DNA of 36,252 nt from Sulfurovum sp. (lineage in GTDB: Bacteria > Campylobacterota > Campylobacteria > Campylobacterales > Sulfurovaceae), in assembly GCA_020719895.1 (NCBI GenBank), contig DYPM01000002.1:1-36252 (forward strand), given 5' to 3'. The notes beneath the pieces are model-generated. The model made no database searches. It was not told where the DNA came from and was given only the letters and a program-made list of their open reading frames with translations. The position numbers were made by a program, and so were the translations under genes. Shown here piece by piece: positions 16,653-24,579 of the stretch (position 1 is its first letter; each line of letters begins with the position of its first letter).

Positions 16653-19134
16653 TACTATATGGCTTAAAAGCAATAATTAACGCGGGAAGCAACATAATAG
16701 AAGAGACCCAAACAGCGAATATCACCACAACTGTTAAAAATCCGAACAAAACTGTTGGCACTAAATTTGAAAATATCAACACAGAAAAACCAAGCATAAT
16801 CGCAAATGAAGTGAAACTCATAGCAAAAGCGACACTACGATGCGTCCTTTTCATCGCTTCTATGTAACTGTTGTCTTTTGCAAACTCTACTTTGTATCGA
16901 TGGATAAAATGGATACTTTGATCAACTCCTATTCCTATTGATATCGATGCAATAGTGATAGTCATCACATCAATTGGAATATCAAACCATCCCATAATTC
17001 CAAAAAGAGTAGAGATTGGGACACTATTTGCAACCAATGCAATCAAAGAGTCGTTTATCGTTCTAAACGAAATAACAAACATCACAAAAATAATACCAAG
17101 TGCCGTACCAAGCGTAAGAATTTGTGACTCAAATAAAGATTGGAGCATATTATTATAAAGCACCATTAACCCTGAAGTTTGGTAGGTTGTCTCTTTGTTT
17201 TTTATAATTTTGGATAAATCTTGATTGATTTTTTGGATCAACGCATCTCTTCTAAGATTGGGATTTGAATCTACGATTCGTGTTGAAATACGAGCTTGAT
17301 TTTTTTCAATATTGACAAATGGTGACATCACCGCTTGATACTCTTTTTTTGGCATTTTGGTATATAAAAGTGCCAACATAATATCGTCTATTTTTTTGCC
17401 ATTGTTCAATATCTTTCCAAGCTCTAACAAAGATGCAAGCGATTGAACTTTTCCTATCTGTGGAATCGTTTCAAGATAATGATGAACTGCGGTAATCGTC
17501 TCTACTTTGTCTTGAGAAAACCAATATTTTGGATCATCTGCTTGATTTGCAAACTCATCTTCAAAATCGGAAAAATCATCTTCATTCAAAGTGGATTTTG
17601 CAGTCGCACTTCTAATCGTTCCATCCTCTTTAAATTGAATAATAATATCCAACGGGGTTGTTCCACCAAGCTTCTCATCGATAACTTTCATCCCTTTGTA
17701 TATCTCTGTATCGCTTTTAAAGTAATTGATAAAACTATTTTCAACAATAATTTTTAATGCACCACTAATGGCAAATCCAACTGTCAATACAGAGACAACA
17801 AATATTAATCGAAGATGATTTTTGACATAACCAGAAATGAAATTCATCACTTTTTCTATGGCGTGATTACTGTTTATTGTTTCGGAGGATTTGCCAACCA
17901 TCAACACTATCAATGGAAACAGAATAAATATGATAACCAAAGAGATAAAAATCCCTACACTCATCATATATCCAAAATTTACCACTGGCTCTATTTTGGA
18001 TAAAACCAACGAACTAAACCCTGCAATGGTTGTGACAACTGAAAAAAACGAAGGATTCAACTTTGACAAAACCGTATTGATGACCAGTTTATATTGCGTT
18101 GATTTTGGATATTTTAGATGAATCTCTCTGTATCGTACAACAAGATAGATGATAATCGACATTGTTGTTATCAATTGTATTGCGATAAAATTTGAAGAGA
18201 CAACAGTCACCTCAAAACCAAATATTCCCAATACACCAGCAGTTGCAACAATAGAAAAGAGTGAAACAGCAATCGATATAACCACCCATCTTAATTTACC
18301 AAAAACAAACCACAAAACCACCATAAGCATCGCAATAAGCAAAACACCATAACTCTTTAAGTCGCTCTGAACAAAACCGATAATATCGTTGGATATCATA
18401 GTGACACCGCCAATAAACATATCTCCTTTGGATTGATATTTAGCGACAATAGCTCTTATTTGTTTGATTTGATTGTGAGTTGCCTCTCTCTCTTTGTCTC
18501 TATATTTTTTAAACTCTTCAATGACATTTGAGATTTCTTTCTCTTCTGATACAGTGAGAGTGCCTTCTCTTTTTTTATTGAAAAGCTTATTTCTTTTTGT
18601 CAATAACGCATCAAACCTATCATCATTTTTGATCTCAATAACAATGGCTGTCGTTTTGAAATCTTGACTTACAAAAATATCTTTATAGAGTGGCGATGTC
18701 AAAAGTTCATGTTTTACCATTGCCATATTTGGATCACTTTTTGTCTCAAGTGTATCTACCTTCTCAATCAAATTTGAAAGTGGTACTATTGGCGATTGGA
18801 GAAGAGGTATATTTAAAATAGACATCACACTTTGTATGTTGGGTACTTTTTTTAAATCAGATGAAATTGATTTGATTGTATCAATACTCTCTTTGGACAA
18901 TAGCGATTGCTTGGGAGAAAATGTCATTATTAGATAGTTTGGATTGGCAAAATTTCTATTCACCTCTCTTGCAAATGCCAAATCTTTATCATTATCCACC
19001 AAAAGTGTCTCTGCTGAAGCATCTATCTCTACCTTAGATGCGTAATAGCCAAAAATAAAAAATAAAAATACAAATAGTCCCACCATCATTTTGGTGTGAC
19101 TAAATATCACTTTATCGTAGATTTTTTTTATCAT
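16645..19134 (-). CDS. MMPL/RND-superfamily membrane transporter
   Basis: Duplicated 1 TM + periplasmic loop + 5 TM topology; TTIAGFSSL, NSFINYFK, LGGTTPLDII, SIGIGVD; operon with mlaA/mlaC. Confidence 0.85.
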   Translation of the reverse strand: MIKKIYDKVIFSHTKMMVGLFVFLFFIFGYYASKVEIDASAETLLVDNDKDLAFAREVNRNFANPNYLIMTFSPKQSLLSKESIDTIKSISSDLKKVPNIQSVMSILNIPLLQSPIVPLSNLIEKVDTLETKSDPNMAMVKHELLTSPLYKDIFVSQDFKTTAIVIEIKNDDRFDALLTKRNKLFNKKREGTLTVSEEKEISNVIEEFKKYRDKEREATHNQIKQIRAIVAKYQSKGDMFIGGVTMISNDIIGFVQSDLKSYGVLLIAMLMVVLWFVFGKLRWVVISIAVSLFSIVATAGVLGIFGFEVTVVSSNFIAIQLITTMSIIIYLVVRYREIHLKYPKSTQYKLVINTVLSKLNPSFFSVVTTIAGFSSLVLSKIEPVVNFGYMMSVGIFISLVIIFILFPLIVLMVGKSSETINSNHAIEKVMNFISGYVKNHLRLIFVVSVLTVGFAISGALKIIVENSFINYFKSDTEIYKGMKVIDEKLGGTTPLDIIIQFKEDGTIRSATAKSTLNEDDFSDFEDEFANQADDPKYWFSQDKVETITAVHHYLETIPQIGKVQSLASLLELGKILNNGKKIDDIMLALLYTKMPKKEYQAVMSPFVNIEKNQARISTRIVDSNPNLRRDALIQKINQDLSKIIKNKETTYQTSGLMVLYNNMLQSLFESQILTLGTALGIIFVMFVISFRTINDSLIALVANSVPISTLFGIMGWFDIPIDVMTITIASISIGIGVDQSIHFIHRYKVEFAKDNSYIEAMKRTHRSVAFAMSFTSFAIMLGFSVLIFSNLVPTVLFGFLTVVVIFAVWVSSIMLLPALIIAFKPYSKN

Positions 19135-19137
19135 CAG

Positions 19138-19722
19138 CTATTTATTTACTGCTTTAAGTTCAATAAGCATCTGATCAAAAGTTTTGGTTTTAAGCTGTCC
19201 TGCAAATTGTTTTCTGTTGCTTTGAATGATACTTACTCCATCCAAATCAACATCATAAATCAACCAATCTCCATTCTTGTCACTATCGTGAAAATTATAA
19301 TTAATTTTATAAACATCTCCTTTTCCTACAAGCTCTGTTTTGAGTTGCATTCTTCCTTTTTGATAAGGAGCAACCCCTTTGTATGCTACTTTTTGATTAT
19401 TATAAAGTTCAAGTTTATCAACATAGGATTGTTTGAGTTTTAGAACAAACACTTTTGTAAATTCATCCTTTTGTGTTGGCGTAATCGTACCCCACACTTG
19501 CTGACCGAGTACAAGTCTTGCCATCAATGTATAATCAAACAACGAATCCATCGTTGCTATAATCTCTCTACCTTTAACGGTAGTAGATCCATTTTTAGAC
19601 AAAATACGAAGTACTGTCTCAAGCTTAGAACGCATTCCTGATTCTATCTCTTCTTGTTTGAGTGCCATAGACTCCGCACTCATTGCGATGAGAATACCTA
19701 TTGTTGTTAAGATCTTTTTCAT
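19138..19722 (-). CDS. mlaC: MlaC/Ttg2D-family periplasmic phospholipid-binding protein
   Basis: Signal peptide; FDYTLMARLVLG, WLIYDVDLDGVSIIQSNRKQF. Confidence 0.85.
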   Translation of the reverse strand: MKKILTTIGILIAMSAESMALKQEEIESGMRSKLETVLRILSKNGSTTVKGREIIATMDSLFDYTLMARLVLGQQVWGTITPTQKDEFTKVFVLKLKQSYVDKLELYNNQKVAYKGVAPYQKGRMQLKTELVGKGDVYKINYNFHDSDKNGDWLIYDVDLDGVSIIQSNRKQFAGQLKTKTFDQMLIELKAVNK

Positions 19723-19725
19723 AGC

Positions 19726-20553
19726 TTACTCCTTGATTTGTTGATTTCGATGTTGCGAGTAGATATCTTGTAAGTAAGGATAGAGATCAATCGCATCTTT
19801 TTTTATCATCTGATATTCACCGATATGCAAAGAGGCTTTATTGAATATATCTCCACCTTGATACAAGAAAGTCTCTGTTGTAGTATTGGCAATTTTATAG
19901 TTTGTATTTGTAACTTTAAGATTATTGAATGGATCTACATATCCATCGACAATTTCTCCTACAAAATCTCTTAGGTTTGACGGACCGAGAAATGGTAACA
20001 CAATCTGTATCCCATCGCCTACTTGATAGTGTCCCAACGTTTGACCAAAATCCTCTTCGCAAGGCTCCAACCCCAAATGACTCCTTGCAGGATCAAACAA
20101 TCCACCCAAACCAAAAAGCGTATTGACCACAAATCTATGACTCTCGTCAAATGCATTTTTGAACTTTAACTGCAAAAGATTATTTGCGATACTTACGGGA
20201 GATTGTATGTTTTTAAAGCCTCTCTTGAGTGACACTCTAACCCCTTCTGGCACTATATACGCATAGTTTTTTGCCAAAGGATCTAATATATTAAGATAGA
20301 GTTTATCATTAAACTTTGTCATTATTCGATTGTATCCTTCAAGTGGATCAAAATTATCAGAAGTTGCCATCATCTCTTCTTGAGCAAACTCCTCCTCAAA
20401 GGAATCATTCGCCGTAGCACTGATATCTATCGTAGAGTGATTGATGTTTACTCTTTTGTCTGCTTTGCGTGGAGTTATCTTCTCTGTGTGTTTAGCACAA
20501 CCATGCATCCAAAAAATTGCCATAGCCAATACTATAAATCTAATAATTTTCAT
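19726..20553 (-). CDS. mlaA: MlaA/VacJ-family outer-membrane lipoprotein
   Basis: Lipobox MHGC; DPLEGYNRIM, NNLLQ, RFVVNTLFGLGGLFDPA, EDFGQTLG, LPFLGPSNLRD. Confidence 0.9.
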   Translation of the reverse strand: MKIIRFIVLAMAIFWMHGCAKHTEKITPRKADKRVNINHSTIDISATANDSFEEEFAQEEMMATSDNFDPLEGYNRIMTKFNDKLYLNILDPLAKNYAYIVPEGVRVSLKRGFKNIQSPVSIANNLLQLKFKNAFDESHRFVVNTLFGLGGLFDPARSHLGLEPCEEDFGQTLGHYQVGDGIQIVLPFLGPSNLRDFVGEIVDGYVDPFNNLKVTNTNYKIANTTTETFLYQGGDIFNKASLHIGEYQMIKKDAIDLYPYLQDIYSQHRNQQIKE

Positions 20554-20654
20554 TGTATCTTTTTCAAATCCATTACAAAATTAAGACTCCCTGATTAAAT
20601 AACATTTTGAACCTCCACGACTTTTTCATATATAAAAGCGAAATCCCATAGAGT

Positions 20655-20727
20655 AAAGCCTTGCAGTGACGGCGTTTGTCATTGAGAACAAAGTAAAGCA
20701 ATCTATTTGTTTGGAAGTCTCAATTTT
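20655..20727. repeat. Repeat copy 4; direct repeat with 16591-16652
   Basis: 20666-20727 is 59/62 identical to 16591-16652; 20655-20670 reverse complement GTCACTGCAAGGCTTT resembles GTCATTGCGAGGCTTT at 28285-28300. Confidence 0.9.
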
Positions 20728-20818
20728 ATTATAACGCTTTATAGACTACCACCTCAATATTAAAATGAGTTTATAAAGCATAGATTATTCCACTTCGATA
20801 GGAGAGTCTGCTTTCTCT

Positions 20819-22075
20819 TTATTCTCGAACTTTTTGTATTTTATCATATCCATAAATATCTTTAAATTCTAAAAGTTCTCCGTTTTGATCAAGATAGAGC
20901 GTCAAATAGAGTGTATTTACCATTACCTCTTCTTTAAGCGAAAAATGAAATGGCGTGTTGCTTTTGTATTTGGTATTGATAGTTTTGGAGTTGAGTTTGG
21001 TGTTACGCAATGCAAGATATTGATACATCTCTACAGGTTTTTCTACTCTAATGCAACCATGACTGTAAAATCTCTCTTTGGTTTTAAAAAGTCTTTTGGT
21101 TTGAGTGTCATGCATATAAACCGCATATTTATTTGGAAAAAGAAACTTTACTTTGCCTAAGACATTTTTTTGAGATGGTGGCTCGATGATACGATAAGGA
21201 AATGATTTGTTCTTTTCAAGATACTCTCTCCAGTTGATAGTTTTAGGATCTACTGCTTTAGAAGAGAGACTCCCTTCTTCTCTTACGACAAGATTATTTT
21301 TTCTAAGATAATTGGGATCTTTGAGAAGATTTGGAATAATCTCTTTTTTGACAATACTCGAAGGAACATTCCACTGTGGATTGACATTGACATAACGCAT
21401 TTGCGAGGAAAATATAGGAGTTTGAAGTCGTGATTTACCCACAATCACTTTAAACTCCATGATGTTTTTGTCATCTTCCATAATCCTTGCTTTGCATTCA
21501 GGAATATTGACGTAAATCATCTGATTAAGTGTTTGGGGATTGATAAGTTTGGTTCTTTCTATATTAAGACGAATCTTTTTGAGTACAAGAGGAGAGGTTT
21601 TTTTATTTTTTTTGAGTTTATGATAGGTCTGCGAAAGTAGTTCAAACTGCTCATAACGAGGGATATAAGGTTTCAAAATAGAAGTGATCGTCACACCTTG
21701 TTTGAGTGCGTCAATAATTTTGGTTTGATTGATATCTTGAAAATAAAACTCATAGATCGTGTTAATGCCACTTTTGCGACGCTTTTTTTGTAGTGCATCA
21801 AATGTTTTAGTGTCAATACATCCATTCGCAAGATTATATGTATAACGCATCAACAGTGGCGTAAGCAATTCGTCTGAAGGGTTTTGGAGTGCTTTTTGAT
21901 AAAGTGGTTTTTGATCACACAAAGAGAGATAATGATCTTTGTCTATGATTTCAAAAAACTCATCTGTCTGAGCATCACTCCATACAGAATTATGAAAGGG
22001 TTTAGGAGTATTGTTTTGAGCACATCCTTGTGACACCAACAAAAATACCCAAAGCAAAGACAGTAGTTTTTTCAC
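20819..22075 (-). CDS. L,D-transpeptidase, YcbB/LdtD-like
   Basis: Signal peptide with possible lipobox SQGC; NIER, VNIP, VIVGK...TP, VNPQWNVPSSI, NVLGKVKFLFPN, catalytic YMHDT...SHGCIRV; GTG start with GAGGT RBS. Confidence 0.85.
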   Translation of the reverse strand: MKKLLSLLWVFLLVSQGCAQNNTPKPFHNSVWSDAQTDEFFEIIDKDHYLSLCDQKPLYQKALQNPSDELLTPLLMRYTYNLANGCIDTKTFDALQKKRRKSGINTIYEFYFQDINQTKIIDALKQGVTITSILKPYIPRYEQFELLSQTYHKLKKNKKTSPLVLKKIRLNIERTKLINPQTLNQMIYVNIPECKARIMEDDKNIMEFKVIVGKSRLQTPIFSSQMRYVNVNPQWNVPSSIVKKEIIPNLLKDPNYLRKNNLVVREEGSLSSKAVDPKTINWREYLEKNKSFPYRIIEPPSQKNVLGKVKFLFPNKYAVYMHDTQTKRLFKTKERFYSHGCIRVEKPVEMYQYLALRNTKLNSKTINTKYKSNTPFHFSLKEEVMVNTLYLTLYLDQNGELLEFKDIYGYDKIQKVRE

Positions 22076-22159
22076 CTCTATTTACCTCGTATTCAAAAAA
22101 TTATGACTAAAAAAATAGCAAGAAGCTATTGTAACAAAATGGACTTTGTACTATCTTTT

Positions 22160-22213
22160 TTAGAGGAGAGAAATAGAGAGAAAGAGCAGGAGTTCGATAT
22201 TCTGAACTCCTGC
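22160..22213 (-). terminator. Intrinsic terminator-like hairpin after rpsU
   Basis: 10-bp stem GCAGGAGTTC (22186-22195)/GAACTCCTGC (22204-22213) followed on - strand by a pyrimidine tract TCTTTCTCTCTATTTCTCTCCTCT. Confidence 0.7.
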
Positions 22214-22220
22214 ATGAAGA

Positions 22221-22433
22221 TTAGAGTCTTGACTCGTATCTTCTAAGCATATAAAGCTTTTTAAGAATTTTTTTGCGGTTGGCGATTTTGAGTTTTTTTC
22301 GTTTCTCTGTCGCAGTTTCGTGGTTTTTACGTGCTCTAAGTTCTGTAACAATGAGGTTTCTATCACATTGTCTTTTGAACTTACGATACGCATCATCGAA
22401 AGAATCACGTGATGTAAGTTTGATACCTGGCAT
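22221..22433 (-). CDS. rpsU: 30S ribosomal protein S21
   Basis: MPGIKL...[25 protein letters not shown]...E..TEKRK; 70 aa basic protein with strong RBS. Confidence 0.95.
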   Translation of the reverse strand: MPGIKLTSRDSFDDAYRKFKRQCDRNLIVTELRARKNHETATEKRKKLKIANRKKILKKLYMLRRYESRL

Positions 22434-22475
22434 ACTAAAACACCCCCTTTCTGTTTGATATTTGAGATTCTTAGA

Positions 22476-22865
22476 TTAACGTTTAGAGAACTGTGGCGAT
22501 CTTCTTGCTTTTCGTTTACCTGGTTTTTTACGCTCAACGACTCTCGAGTCTCGTGTAATTAAACCCATTGGTTTTAGGATAGCTCTAAAAGAAGGCTCAA
22601 ATTCAATAAGTGCTTTAGTGATTCCATGTTTCATAGCATCGGCTTGAGCTGCATAACCACCGCCTAAAGTTGTCGCATGAATATTGACTACTTCAAGTTG
22701 TTTTGTCGCCTCAAGAGGTAATCTTACTTTCATTTTGAGTGTCTCATGACCACCAAGCCACTCGTCGAGAGTTTTTTTGTTGATGAGTATTTCACCACTT
22801 CCAGGCGTTAGCCATACTTTAGCGATAGCGGTTTTTCTTTTTCCTGTTGCGTAAACCTTGGTCAT
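22476..22865 (-). CDS. rpsI: 30S ribosomal protein S9
   Basis: [35 protein letters not shown]-terminal QFSKR. Confidence 0.98.
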   Translation of the reverse strand: MTKVYATGKRKTAIAKVWLTPGSGEILINKKTLDEWLGGHETLKMKVRLPLEATKQLEVVNIHATTLGGGYAAQADAMKHGITKALIEFEPSFRAILKPMGLITRDSRVVERKKPGKRKARRSPQFSKR

Positions 22866-22867
22866 TC

Positions 22868-23296
22868 TTACGCCTCCTTATTGATTTGTGCGGTGTGTGG
22901 ATGCTCAGGACCTACGTACACTTTAAGTTTTTTGAGCATTTCTCTGCCGAGTGTTGTTTTTGGAAGCATTCCTCGTACTGCAAGCTTATAAAGCTTTTCA
23001 GTTTGGTTTTCCAACATTTCACTGAGTTTTTTACTTTTGGTTGAACCAAAATAACCCGAATGAGTAAAATACTCTTTGTCGTTCATTTTGTTTGCACCCT
23101 TAAAGATTGCTTTTTCGGCATTGATAATCACCACATAATCACCACAATCGACATTTGGAGTGAATGATGGCTTATGTTTTCCTCTTAATACTGAAGCGAC
23201 TTGAGTGAGGATACGACCAAAAGTTTTACCTTCTGCATCAATCAAAATCCACTCTCGTTTCACTTCATGAGGCTTTGTCACTTGCGTCATTTTCAT
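22868..23296 (-). CDS. rplM: 50S ribosomal protein L13
   Basis: [46 protein letters not shown]. Confidence 0.98.
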   Translation of the reverse strand: MKMTQVTKPHEVKREWILIDAEGKTFGRILTQVASVLRGKHKPSFTPNVDCGDYVVIINAEKAIFKGANKMNDKEYFTHSGYFGSTKSKKLSEMLENQTEKLYKLAVRGMLPKTTLGREMLKKLKVYVGPEHPHTAQINKEA

Positions 23297-23340
23297 GATT
23301 TTTCCTTAAATTTTTAGCATTTGCTATTTAGTGAGTTGAA

Positions 23341-23375
23341 ATTGTATCTTTTAAAACTTAAAATATATTTAATTT
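23341..23375 (-). promoter_or_regulatory. Putative sigma70 promoter of rplM-rpsI-rpsU
   Basis: Minus strand TACAAT at 23341-23346 preceded by periodic TTTAA/TTAAG tracts typical of Campylobacterota promoters. Confidence 0.5.
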
Positions 23376-23400
23376 AAGTTGATTTTAACTTTTATGATTT

Positions 23401-24579
23401 TTAAGCTTGGATACTAAGCAGTGTCACATCATCGAGCTGATTTATGATAAATCCATTAAAAGCTTCAAGCAAAAACTGCACTTGTGTTTGAGCAGAAAGA
23501 TGTTCAGAGGCTTTACAACTCTGATAAAAATGCTCTTTATACATCTCTCCTTTGCTGTTTTCAGTCTCAATAATACCATCAGTATAAAGGATAATCTTAC
23601 TGCCTTTAGCAAACAAAGTCTCAAGCACTTCATACGACATATCAGGCATTACTCCTAACGGTATTCCGTTGCTATGTTTCATTTGTATGTTTCCAATTGG
23701 ATCATAATGACCTGCATTGATTGACTCCATTACGCCTGTTTGGTGGTTGTATCGCATAAAAATCGCTGTGACAAACATACTTCCATTGCTGTTTTCTATC
23801 GAAAATGTAGTGTTGATTTTCTCCACAGAAACACCAAACGGCTTATCTCCTTTGTGAAGTTCACATCGTAAAATAGAACGAAACTGCATTGCCACCAAAG
23901 CCGAACCAAATCCATGTCCTGAGACATCTGCCATCACATACACAGTATATTTACCATCTTCGGTTTGAAAAATATCAAAAAAATCTCCTCCCACTTCAGA
24001 GGCTTGATTGCAACTTCCATAAACATCCAAATTGGCATCAGTGATATAAACGCGTGGCAAAATAGAGTCTTGAATCAGTTTGGCAATTTTGAGTTCTTGT
24101 TCTACTTGAGCAAATGCTTTGAGCTGTTTTTCTTTTTTGGCTATCTCTTGTTCTAATATTTGATTGAAGTGTTGTTGCAAATCATTATATTTTTTGAGTT
24201 TTAAAAGATTGGTTACTTTAAATTTCAACTCCAACGGATCAATAGGTTTGAGCAAAAAATCTTCTGATCCATTTCTGAGTGCTTCGTGTCGTTCTTGATG
24301 TTTTGCAGTCACCATAATAATAGGAATATAGCTATATTTTTCATCACTCTTAAGTATTTTGAGCATCTCAATGCCGTCCATATTTGGCATTGAAATATCA
24401 GAAATAATCAAATCAACTTTTTGATTATGAACGATTTCTAAAGCCACCGTAGCACTCATGGCACGTATCAATATCAGATCTTCATCCTCTTCAAGAGAAT
24501 ACTCAAGCAGTTCCAAATTGAAAGGCTCATCATCGACAATCAAAACTGCAGTTTTATTATTTTCGTTTGTTTTTTGCAT
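23401..24579 (-). CDS. Response regulator with PP2C (RsbU/SpoIIE-type) Ser phosphatase output
   Basis: REC: IVDDE, DLIISDISMP, MVTA, LLKP; coiled coil; PP2C: VGGDFFD, ADVSGHG, NAGH, LYTDG, DDVT; overlaps the kinase stop by 23 nt. Confidence 0.92.
   Translation of the reverse strand: MQKTNENNKTAVLIVDDEPFNLELLEYSLEEDEDLILIRAMSATVALEIVHNQKVDLIISDISMPNMDGIEMLKILKSDEKYSYIPIIMVTAKHQERHEALRNGSEDFLLKPIDPLELKFKVTNLLKLKKYNDLQQHFNQILEQEIAKKEKQLKAFAQVEQELKIAKLIQDSILPRVYITDANLDVYGSCNQASEVGGDFFDIFQTEDGKYTVYVMADVSGHGFGSALVAMQFRSILRCELHKGDKPFGVSVEKINTTFSIENSNGSMFVTAIFMRYNHQTGVMESINAGHYDPIGNIQMKHSNGIPLGVMPDMSYEVLETLFAKGSKIILYTDGIIETENSKGEMYKEHFYQSCKASEHLSAQTQVQFLLEAFNGFIINQLDDVTLLSIQA

Noticed and set aside
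16591-20727. CRISPR array or prophage att-site interpretation of the repeats
   Set aside because: Copies are kilobases apart with no regular spacers, no cas, integrase or phage genes, no tRNA target
22160-22537. 125-aa minus-strand ORF overlapping rpsU
   Set aside because: Alternative frame across rpsI end, rpsU and its terminator; rpsU explains the region
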